Positions 13,901 through 26,700 of a DNA stretch of 64,000 bases are shown piece after piece. Position numbers and translations under genes: made by a program. Source of the DNA: Eledone cirrhosa (Eukaryota); contig OZ024743.1 of assembly GCA_964016885.1 (NCBI GenBank), forward strand, positions 304,916,001 through 304,980,000, read 5' to 3'. The notes under the pieces are model-generated. The model made no database searches. It saw only the letters and a list, made by a program, of their open reading frames with translations, and was not told the DNA's origin. The first letter of the stretch is position 1, and each line of letters starts with the position of its first letter.

Positions 13901-16722
13901 ATGGAAAATACTAAATAAGAAATTGTAGAAGTGGGTAGTGAAAAAATGTAAAGCAAACTTTTCAGCGCTCTAACACAGCTGCTAAAAATAGTTAGTAAAG
14001 CGTATTCCGCCAATGCTATCTTACAATTATAGGTTAATAAGTTGAGAATAGAAAAAAATTTAGAAATTGTAGAAATGGAGTAGTAACAAAAATGATACAA
14101 CATTACAGGGGTCTAACACATCTGCTATAAATAGTTAGTAAAGCGTATTCGACCAATTCTATCTTAAAATTACAGGGGTGGAGGTACTGAGGCTACAGAG
14201 ACCCGATGGGCTGCATTTTGTAGGCGAAAGGGGAAAAACATACGAGGAAGAAGATTGGGGTGGAAGGAAGTGATAGGATGAGACAGGGGGAAGAAGAAAA
14301 CACAGAGGAAAAGAAAAGAGTTACATCTACCTATGTAAGCTGGGGTTTCCCCTAACTTATTCAGCAAGTGGAGGGCTATCAGCCCTTGTCTACCCACCCG
14401 GGTCGTTATGAGGTTTGAGGGCGAGGTAAGTCCTAAGCAATCTGTGTTTGCATGCGGTTACCAGTTCGTCTTTCTTGTTTAGGAGTTGGTCCTTCGAGAA
14501 CAGCATTTGTAATGTTTCCTCCGAGCATAAGTTACACGGATGGCGTCCTCCCGTGTAAGAGTTAGCTCTGGACAGTAAGCTCCAAGTGAGATTGTAGGTT
14601 ATATTATTATCTTGGATGTCCCAGATGTGGCCCGAAAGTGTAGTGGCATGTCGCCGGATTGGGTTTCGGAAAGTATGTCGGTGTTGGTAGAGCCGGGTCT
14701 TGAAGTCACAAGCGGTTAATCCTATATAAGCTTTGTTGGAGGTGTCCGTCCTCACGTTGCACTGGTAAATCACGTTACGTTCTCGGCATCTGTTGTTGAG
14801 GGGGCACGTAGATCTATCAGGGCAGTTACACCTCCTGGTCGGCTCTCCACTGATGTCTAGGTTGTTTCTTCCATAGGGGTTGAGTTTTTGTTGTTTGAGG
14901 AGAAGTTTTGTTGTTTGAGGAGAAGTTTTGTTGTTGAGGAGAAGTTTTTGTTGTTTGAGAAGTTGTTTTGTGCGAAGTTAGGTGTGGTGCTGTAGGAGAG
15001 TTTGATTGTGCTTTTGTTGATTATGTTGTGGTAGCGGTGTTGTAGTGGGAAGTGTTTTTCGAGGAGCTTAAAGAAGATTTCCCGATAGGTGTTGTCACCT
15101 CGGCCTTGTGGGGAGGATTGAACCACGTTACGTTGCGTGAGCGGCGGTGTCACCTGCTGGTTCCATTTCTGTTGGGTCACACATGCGGGACACGTTTTTC
15201 ATCACTTGTACCAAGTCTGCGATCAGAATATTAAACTTAGCACTACTGGACATTGCTGAGTTTTTGAGTATCAGATATTTGGAGGCCATGGGTTTAGCGT
15301 AAGAACTTTGTTAGACTATATATATGTGTTTATATCTATATTATATCTGTATTTTTGACCGTTGGTCAGTCAATGGTAAACATTGAGGACCGAATGAATT
15401 AACTGATATAAAAGATACAAAATCGAAAACCAACCAAACAGTGAGTGTGTTCTGTTATTAATTCTGGCAATATTTGGCAGTATCGGTAGAGGGTCGGACA
15501 TGCTTTCCAGCATAGTTACATCCCTTTACGATCTGAGTACAAATCCCGCCGCGGTTAACTTTGCCTTTCATCCTTACGAGGTCGATAAAATAAAGTAGCA
15601 GTAATGTACTGTTAATTGCTGGCCTTGTGCCAAAAGTAGAAACAATTATTAAAACAATATGAGCCTCCCCAAGTATAACAATGTGTTTCGACACATGATT
15701 TCAAAACCTCGCAAAACAAATATATATATAAAGTTGCATTCCTGTCTGTCTGTTTGTTTGTTCTCAAACTACTCCTATGGTTTGGGGGATAGACCCCCAT
15801 AACCAAATATATTCTTAAACAACATTGCCCAGGGTACTTGGATAAGTATATTTCATTTTAATCAAAAGGTTCCCCAGGGCACAAACCCCCACTGAATGTA
15901 TTTTCCCGTCAATGTATATGAAATTTGAACCATAGATAAATAACAAGATATGATGCCTATTCACAACATTTCAGCAAATTTCAATAATATTAAGACACAC
16001 TAATGGGGGTTAGACCCCCTATTTGGGTTCCTCTTGCATGGATTGGACAGGTCCATCTCAACACAGCATCTATTCACTTATAGTGTTCCTTTGTTATCTG
16101 CTCTATGCGTCTCAGTGATTTGGGGATCAGTTCTCACTACCTCTACACATGTCTATCTAGATCTACCACTACCGTGGCTTCCTTCCAGTTAGATTTCTTG
16201 GTACTTCTTCACCCATTGATCATCATTCATCTGCATTATATGTCTATATTATTTTCAAAACAACCTTACATTGCAGGTTTATTTCTCTAAAACCAGCTTT
16301 GGCACTTGCAATAACCCTGATCTATATTGGTCCTGAGATTTGAAATTACGAAATATAACTTGATATTAACACATTAAACTAAGTTGAATAACGTACCATT
16401 AGCTAATGTTCTACAGAAATATCAGGATTGTTTCATCTCCTTATAATATATAACCAGCAATTTCTCTGTCTGTCTGTCTGTCCGACAGTGGAAACACGTG
16501 CGCGCGTGCGAATGTTTTTTGCGCACGCGACGGTAGAGAGAGAGTGAGAGTGAAAGAAAGAGACAGACTACAAGAGGGGGATAGCGGGAGCGAGAGAGGG
16601 GGAATTGAGGAGTGCTACAGAAACATATATACATTTCTGTGTGTGTGTAATATATATATATATACACACACAGAAATATATATATATACACACAGAAATA
16701 TATATACATTTCTGTGTGTGTA

Positions 16723-16757
<35 letters not shown>

Positions 16758-16783
16758 GAAATATATATACATATCTGTGTGTG

Positions 16784-16842
<59 letters not shown>

Positions 16843-16856
16843 GAAATATATATATT

Positions 16857-16899
<43 letters not shown>

Positions 16900-17697
16900 C
16901 ACACACAGAAATGTATATATATTTCTGTGTGTATATATATATATATTACACACACAGAAATGTATATATATATACACACAGAAATATATATACATCCCTT
17001 AGCTACTGTACTGTATCTGTTGCTATCTCTCTCTCTCTCTCCAGCTATTCCTCTCTTTTAGTCTGTCTATTTCTCTAACTCTCACTCTTTCTCTTTATAA
17101 CACACTAACATTCCTCCCCTCTATTGCTGTGACGAATGGGGAGATAGAGGAGGAGGTGGAGAGAGTCACTTCGTCACTTCACCTCTGCCTTTCTTTCTCT
17201 CCCCTCTCACTCCCTCATTACGTACAGACATTAGGGCGGTGGATTGGCAGAATCTGTAGAGAGGCGGACACCATGCTTCATAGCATGGAGTTACGTCCCT
17301 TTACGGTCTGATTTCAAATACCTCCGAGGTTAACGTTGCCTTTCATCCTCACGGGGTCGATAAAATAAAATACCAGTAATGTACTGGGTAATTGCTGGCC
17401 TTGTACCAAAAGTAGAAACAATTATTAGAAACATTGCTTCATTTTTACATATCTAAGCATTAGTAAAATAACTAATAATTTCAAAAGTAATTTTTCAATT
17501 CCAATTGTTATGAACAGCAAAACATTAATAATAATTTTGTTCTAAGAAATATATATACATTTCTGTGTGTGTAATATATATATATATATACACACACAGA
17601 AATATATATATATACACACAGAAATATATATACATTTCTGTGTGTGTAATATATATATATATATACACACAGAAATATATATACATTTCTGTGTGTG

Positions 17698-17744
<47 letters not shown>

Positions 17745-20700
17745 GAAATATATATACATTTCTATGTGTGTAATATATATATATATATATACACACACAC
17801 AGAAATATATGGGCATTTCTCTGTTTGTCTGTCTGTCTGTCCTTCCCTAAAACTCAAATGTAGGTGCTTCAGAAATATTACCTTCCCCTTCCTTTCTCCA
17901 CTTTGGTACTACCAAGAGAAACACTGTCGCTATAGAAACATTACCTTCCCCTCTCCACTGACATTGGTCACTGAGGCCGAGGGAATCGCTGGTTGCTATA
18001 GAGACACCTTGCACAAGCCAGAAGTAACCAGTTCGAGGCGGTTCTGACTTGACACCATGCCAAGTCTACTTATAATATATAATGGGCATTTATCTGTTTG
18101 TTTGTCTGTCTGTCTGTCTGTAAAAAATGCCAAGGAAACAAATAGACGCGGTTTCAAATCTCTATGCTTTTCAAATTCATTACATTAATCTTTATTTATA
18201 CGTTTCACTTTACGAGTATTTCGACTTACGAGTGTTTCGGCTTACGAGTGTTTCGGCTTATCATTATATATAAACGTTTCTATTTCCATCGTTTTATCGT
18301 AAACGTTTATATATTTCCATCGTTATATCATAACGTTTATGTATCATAACGTTTATATTTCCGTCACTAATCTCTTTTTCTCCCTTTTCGTTTTAACATA
18401 TATTTATTTCAAATATTTCACCGTATAGATAACATATATATTTATACATGCATAAAAGACACACCGAGAGACGGTGAACATCTGGTGCCGAAAACATTTC
18501 TCATCCAAATCTCAACAATATCAGTATATACACTAGATTTGCTAGCAGAAAACCGCCCACCGGGTGGATTTCTGCTAGTCTATATATATAAAACAGAGAT
18601 GTCTGTCTGTCTGTGTAACCGCATGCATTTCTACATTTTACAACCGATTTGCACCAAATTGCATACATAGGTTTCTGAAGTCCTATTACGTGTTATTTTT
18701 CCATACATCGATTGTGGAGCCCCAGGGGCAGATAACCCCCTTAAGCCTCTCGCTTGGAGTCAGAGTACTACTGCATAAAGGCCCCATAATTCTTGCAGTT
18801 TGCCTCCAATCTTCAGCAAAATTAATCTTTTGTTTGCTTATGGCCTACAAATAAATGTTCAGGCAAGCACTTGCGCAGAAATTCAGGTAGGGGACCCCTT
18901 GGGGGGCAGTAAACCAACTTGATGAATGCAACAAAACGTCATAACTGCTTGAGCTGGTTTTTGGTTTTCACGAAGCGAGACGTATTGGTTACCCATGGCT
19001 TATAGAGGAAGGTGAACACATGAACATTTGCTTGAATTTATAAAGGGGACCCCTGGGGGTCAGTAAGCCCCTTCGACTTATCTATTGAAGTTCACATTAA
19101 CACTGTATTAGTACCTGATAACATTTGAAGTTTACGTTCGATTTTAACTTTACCGGACACATTGGTTACTCATTGCCTAAAGATGATGTTGAAGACACTG
19201 TCTATACCCGGAACAAGCAAGGGGACCCCCAGGGGTCAGTAATCCCCGGCGAGTCATTTATTGAATTTGGCTATTGTAATGCAGCAAAGCGTCATAGCTT
19301 CGATAATTGGTAGTCCAATAAAATGAATTTTGACTTAGTTGTTATTCATGTACTACAGATGAAGATACAGTGAAGCATATTTACTTTCATTTCAATTCAG
19401 CAAGAGGACCCCCTCGGGGACAATGAGCCCAATTCATTAACCCATAAAAGTTCAAACTGCCACAATAAAAAAGCACCATAACCTCAGGAGTTTATACTTG
19501 ATTCTTAGAAAAACTAAACGAAATGGTTATTGCCCGCCATAAGATAAAGCACCACACATTCGTTATCACTTAAATCTTGCAAGGGAACCCCCTAGGGCGG
19601 GCAGTGAGCCCCTTTGTACCACTTTTAAAGTTCATATTATGGACGCAGCAGAGTATTTCAACTGCTGGAAATAAAAATCAATTTAAACGAAAGTTGACGC
19701 ATCGGTTACTCATATCCTACAAATGGAGTAGCGAATTTTTAAATCCCCCTGACTTAACTTTAAGCTGCACGAAATACTGACACCATTGAGCAAGGACGTG
19801 GCCGACTTCTGCAAAGTGAACAGCGGCGATCATCGTTACGTGGTATTTCCATGACTTGCAATTCATGATGGTTGTTAAAGGCCTTTAACTACGACCCCAT
19901 CTCCGACTACTCCATCCATGCAGATATTCAAATTGGGGAAATGACCTCTACTTGCCAGTTTTGTCGTGCGAAAAAGTAGTCAGGGGGGGGGGGGGGAGGA
20001 CATTGCAACTCCTTTTGACAGAGACGACGGTGAAATCATCGAAGTTTCTGCGTAATAACTGCCGCTACAATTCCGCGTTTCAGATGACATCCTTCGGAGC
20101 AAAGCTTGCTTCAGGGCGTGGGTTCCTGCCAACTTTCAAGGGCCAGGGGCAGATCTACCACTCGATTGGGTCTATTCAGCCACTGACAGAAAAGGATCAT
20201 CAATTTCTTCAGTTATACTCCGTTGGAAACTATCAGGAGCAGGCAGAGATGTGAAACTCTATTTCTTCCGAAATTAACATTGAAACCATAATAAAACGCT
20301 GGTCGGTTCAACGCACCAACATGTAATGAGATTGCTGCGGTTATTTGTGGTGAACAGCACCGTACAGCGTATCAATGAGACACACAGGTCCTACGTTGCA
20401 CTCCAGTATCCATTGTTATTTGTCAACGGAGAGGACGGATACCATTTCGGAATTCATCAACATTCGGCAGGCAATGGTGAGGCACATCTTAGCAACAGTG
20501 TCACCTGCATGGATTTCTACGCTTTCCGATTTTTGGTAAGGGACAATTCATTCAACCATCTACACCGTTCTCGGGACCTTTTCCAACCATTTGCTGTTCA
20601 TATGGCCGTTAAAAGGGAGTCCGAGAGATTACGGTTCATTAAATTAATTCAAAAGAAACTGCTGGTCCATGGTCCTTGCGGACATGGACTCAATATGAAT

Positions 20701-23700
20701 CCCCGTGCATACACGACGGAAAGTGTACAAAACAATGTCCCAGGCCGTTTTTACAGGAAACACAGACAGGCGGTGACGGATATCTGTTTTATAGGCGCAG
20801 GAGACCTGAATACGGTGGGTTCACAGCAAAAGTTGGCGAACGCGAAATCGACAACAGATGGATAGTGCCATATTGCCCCCTCCTCTTGAAAGCGTTCAAC
20901 GCCCATATAAACGTCGAATTTTGCAACTCAGTAAAACCAATTAAATACGTTTGTAAGTACGTAAACAAGGGATCGGATGCTGCCGTCTTTGGTCTTCATC
21001 ATGAAAACAGTAGAGACGAGGTTTCTGCCTACCAAGTAGGCCAATACATTAGCAGCAATAAAGCCTTTTGGCGGATTTTTGGCTTTCCACTGCACAAACG
21101 ACACCCCGTCATTAAACAACTTGCCGTTCACCTTGAAAACGGTCAACGGGTGTATTTCAACAATGCAACAGCTGCTCAGCTAGCGATCTCACCAAAGGAA
21201 ACTATACTCACCTCTTTTTTAAAACTTTGTCAACACGACGACTTCGCTCAAACTCTGCTGTATTCTGAAATACCGTCTTACTATACATGGAACCGGACAA
21301 AATGGCTGCGAAAGAAGGTAGGGCAAGAGGTGGTTGGACATCCAGGCATCAAATGTGACAATTGCCTTGGGCGAGTTTATAAGGTCTACCCAACCCAACA
21401 CGAATGCTTCTACCTGCGACTTCTGTTCATGAGGGCCGACCAGCTTCACTTATCTGAGAACCGTCACTGGATACGCCTGCGGAACGTACAGGGAAGCCTG
21501 CTTGAGGCGTGGACTTTTAGAAGATGACGGACAATAGGATGCAACCTTGACGGAAGCTGCCATCTCATAATCATCCCATAGTCTAAGGGGACTTTTTGCT
21601 ATCCTCTTGCACGTCTGTGAATTGAGCGATCCTTACACTTTATGGCAAAAGTTTAAAGATGATCTCGCAGGCGAATATAGGCGTCTCGCTCAATTCCAAT
21701 CTCCAAACTTAGGTGTAGGCTTTTCAGACGCTATATATAACAGAGCTCTGATCGATATTGAAGACAGAGTGGCAGAGATATCTTGGAGAAATATGGGCAA
21801 ACACTTCGAGATGCGCCATCTGACATTCCCAACGATATTATACGTGAAACGTCATATGATGTCGACGAACTCAAAAGGTATGTTGAAGAAAATGAACCAA
21901 AACTTCTAATGGATCAAAAACAGGCCTACAACATTGTCGTTGATTCCATCCGTAATCGGGGAGGCGGTATATTCTTCCTGGACGCATCTGGCGGCACGGG
22001 CAAAACATTTGTAATCAAAATTTTACTCGCTGCAGTGAGGCAACACGGACACATCGCATTGGTCGTGGATTCTTCCGGCATTGCAGCAACTTTGCTGCCT
22101 GGTGGCAGGACGGCCCATTCTATCTTCAGTTTTCCTCTCAATGTGGTATCATCTGAGACACCCACGTGCAACATCAGCAAGTCTTCCGGAAAAGCACTGG
22201 TGTTAAAGTACTGCCTACTAATTGTTTGGGACGAATGCACAATGAACCACAAGGCGGCTTTCGAGGCAATAGACCGATCACTCAGAGACATCAGGGACTG
22301 TCAAGAACCAATGGGAGGTGTCACTTTCTTGTTATCTGGGGACTTCCGACAGACTCGGCCTGTAATCCCAAAAGGTACGTGGGCTGATGAGGTTGGTGCA
22401 TGCCTTAAGGCCTCCCCACTTCGGCGTTATGTAAGAAAGCTGACGCTTACAACAAACATGAGAGCACAACTGCAAGGTGATGAGACATTAGCGGGTTTGC
22501 TGCTGCCATTTTGTCGTTGTGAGATGGCAAAGTCCCACTCGACAGAGATGGTGCAGCGGACCTCACAAGAATTTGCAGATGCGTTAAGTCAATTGCTGAG
22601 TTACGGACGTTTGTTTTTCCGAATCTTGAAGACAACTACACAAATCAAGAGTGGTTGTGTGAACGCGCAATATTAGCTTCGAAAAACCACATAGTTGGAA
22701 ACATCAATGAACAGCTAATGCTGTGCTTGCCTGGAAACCTGCACATCTACAAGTCCCTTGACTCTATGGCTGATCCGGAAAAGTTGTTAATTACCCCACA
22801 GAATTATATGTTGCTATTACACTTTGCTATCGATGTGCCGTAGTTTTAACCTAATTAATCTACTTTTCCCTACATCTTATTTACACATTTTTTGGTCATT
22901 CCAGCGTGTTCTTGCCAAGGCCGTTTTTGTGGCCACCGACTGTTACATGCTTTTCTAGGTTACAATCTCAAATAACAAGCAAAGCAAATAGGACACACCA
23001 AAGTGGTGTGAAGGACTTCTTAAGGGCCACCACCTCTAATCGGAGTCGTCTTTGCTGACAGCACTGCTGCTGGGATTCTTAAGAGTGAACGATCCAAGGC
23101 CCTCTTCAGGGCCACCAAGTTTAAATTGTTACCACCGGATTCATCTTTGCTGGCAGCACCGCCGCTGAGATATTTCAAAGTGAACGTTAGAAGGTCTTCT
23201 TCAGGGTCACCAACTATAAATTGTTATCGCTGGATTCGTCTTTGCTGGCAGCACCGCCGGAGAGATATTTCAAAGGGAATGTTCAAAGGCCCTCTTTAGG
23301 GCCAAAACATATAAATTGTTACTTCTATAGTCGTGTTTAACGGAAGTCTTTTGGTGTATTTGAACAACAACTCCATTGAGCGTTACACCGGGCATCGCCG
23401 GGTACTTCTGCTAGTTATTAATAATTTGCTGTCATTTTTTGTTGTCTTTCATTGAGTTTACTTTATCTATAATTTCAGCAAAATTGCTTAACTGTGATTT
23501 TGAAGACACAAATATTTGTGGATTTGAAAGTTCTCCTGAAACAGATTCTTGGAGATTAAGTACTGGTATTTCAGGGAAAAGACCAACACTTGATCATTCA
23601 GAAAAAACATATGAAGGTGAATATCTTTTAACATTTCAATTTTTTGTTCTTTCAATGACCATTTTTGTCTGCAATACACCATTTCTCTATTATGTTCACT

Positions 23701-26700
23701 TGTACATAGTTTTGTCTGTGATGCTCAATGTTCTTAGTTCTAATTTTACTATTTCTTCCCAAGTTTATGCTTGACGTTTATTACTGTAATTTCTTAACAA
23801 TAACTCATTTTCACACAACATCTCCTTTCCAGTATTCCCTCTACTACAAGCAATTTATCAATTCACTTAACATACACATTTAATGGGCAATACTAAAAAA
23901 ATACATATCATATCACATCAGAACTTGTACAGGCACTGCCTATGTTTTATTTCTATACATAATAGATCTTGCACATACTGTCAGTCATACAGTAAGAAAG
24001 GCCTTTCCTAATAAACAAATTTATCAGCTCTATAAGGTATTTTTCATGCACTTTAAATGCTTACTCTTGGAGAAGGGTGTTTATTTTGAATAATAATTGG
24101 CGTCCCAGCACAATTATCCATAATAGAATTTGACAACTATAAATATTAGTGAAGAGAGGTACCTGTTTACTTTTTTCTGTTTCTAGGAATATTTTGCCTG
24201 ATTTTCTCAATTATCATTTATAGTAATTGACTATTATTAGTTGCGTTGAGATGCACACATTTCAATTTTTTCAATGTTTCTTAAGTCAACCACTTAAAAT
24301 AAAATATTACATTATTTTTCAGGTCAATATATAATTTCAAATACTACAGAAGAAAGCTCTCTAGAAGTACCTTCAATAACTGTTGATAGCACTTCTTGTT
24401 TTAACTTCTTTTATACATTCTTTGGAGATGGTAATGTGACAGTGTATGACAATGATATTTTGATGATGAAGCTTTCTAAATTTGATGTTGACATCTGGAG
24501 GAATGCCAATGTTACACTATCTAAAGGAGTGCACAACATTAGATATATATTCTCAAATAAAACATTACCTGGAACGGTGGCACTCGACAGTGTTTCAGTA
24601 ATACCAGGAAGCTGTTTACATACAAGTAAGACAGATCAAATCTTGTATTTTTCTCAATTTTGAACAAATAGATATAATTAAACAAAAGAAATATGATAAA
24701 TACATATAGAAGAGCTGAAAAGTTCATAAGCTGACTATGAAGGAGTGATGCCAGAGCTGTGAAATCTTACATGCATTAATTTTAACTCTTCTTATTAATA
24801 ACTGCATTATTACTGTCCAGGGACTATATTGAAAAATAAACCTCATTTGGTCATTCCATGAGAATATCATTGTCAGCCTATATAGTTTTCAGCTGACCCT
24901 CTTATATATAACATACACACTGTATGTAACAGTTGATAAATATATATATATATATAACATACAAACCACAGACAACAGATGTCATTGTTTCTTTTTTATA
25001 TTCCACCAGTAATGAAACATTCATTTGTATGATATGAAGTGTAATTGCAGTTAAAGAAGGTATAAATATAGCAGATACAAATCTAAAGACCTGTTCATTT
25101 CTCACTTAACACCATTTCTATTAGCTTCTTTACATGGTGGAATAGGTACGCTTGATCAATACATATAGATCAATATTAACAAACATGATTAATCTACATA
25201 TATTGATTATAATACATTGAGATGTTAATAAACTCTCAGAACATAATTATTCTTTTAATGTCTGAAAAAATATTTCGAAAATCGAAATTTTATTAAAATT
25301 ATATATTTTTATTTAATTTTGCATACTCTTTTACTCTTTTATCTGTTCCAGCCATCTGGCTGAGTCCATGCTGGGGCACTGCACTTGCTGAAAAATGAAT
25401 ATTATTTCAATATGTTTTATTAATTTAGCTTGTCATTATCCTTATTATTATTATTGTGAAGGTGCATGGCTTAATGGTTAGGGAACTGGATTCACAATCA
25501 TGAGATTGCAAGTTCAGTTCCCAGATCATGTGATATGTAATGTCTTTTATTTCACATTGCTCCTTTTGACAGGAGTTGCAACTGGTAGATAGTATCAGCT
25601 ATGGAAATATCATTGTTTTCTTGGTCCTATTTGACAAGTTACAACATACTCAGAAAGCAAGTGAGGTATGGAATCTTGTTGATTGATTTGATGGATCAAT
25701 TATTTCATTGCCAGCATAGCCTGCTGATTAGCTGCATCATTAAAGTGTCACACAAAATGTTCTGCCCCATTTAGTTACAGCCCTTCACATTCTGAATTCA
25801 AATTCCAGCGAGTTTAGCTATGCCTTTCATTCTTATGAGATAAATAAAGTACCAGTAATGCACTGGAGTCAATTTAATTGACTTTCCCATCCCCTTCAAT
25901 TTGCTGGCTTTGTGCCTAAAGTAGAAACAATTATTACTATTATTATTGTTCTTTGAGTCTCAGTCATTCACGTTTTTTATTTGGAAAGTTTGTTGAAATT
26001 AATATCAAGCTGCTATCTGCAGCCTCAGATATTCAGGACGTATCAGAGGGTTCTTGCTGTTCCCAGCAAGCATGCCTTTTGAAGTGTTCCAAAAAGCGGG
26101 AGTGGATTAATCTCCTTTAACCATCCTTGGAAACTCTTTGAGATAGTACCTAGTGCACCTATGACAATCGGGACGACCTTGATTTCATGGCAGTTCCAAA
26201 TCCTTTTTAACTCCAACTTTAAATCCTGGTATCGGTTAATTTCCCCCTCTCCTTTTCTTGTACTCTTGTGTCAAATGGGCAGGCTACATCTACAATCAAG
26301 CACGACCTTATTATTATTATCAGTAGTAGTAGTAGCAGCAGCAAGAGCAGCAGTAGTAGTAGTAGTAGTAGTAGTAGTTGTAGTAGTTGTAGTAGTAGTA
26401 GTAGTAATAGTAGTAGTAGCAGCAGTACAAGTATTAGTTGTAGTAGCTGATGTTATTATTATTTTTTTCATTTGAAAGGTTGTGAAGAAAATTGGTCACC
26501 TTGTGAAGACAATAAGACATGTTATGCATCCAATGCCAAATGTGATGGGATAGATAATTGTCCTGATGGAGAAGATGAATTAAATTGTGACAGTAAGTTT
26601 TATTTATATTTAATTTTATTTAAAGTAGGGGGTAACATTTAACAAAGACAAATGCTGACATTCTTCTTCTTCTTCTTCTTCTTCTTCTTCTTCTTCTTCT

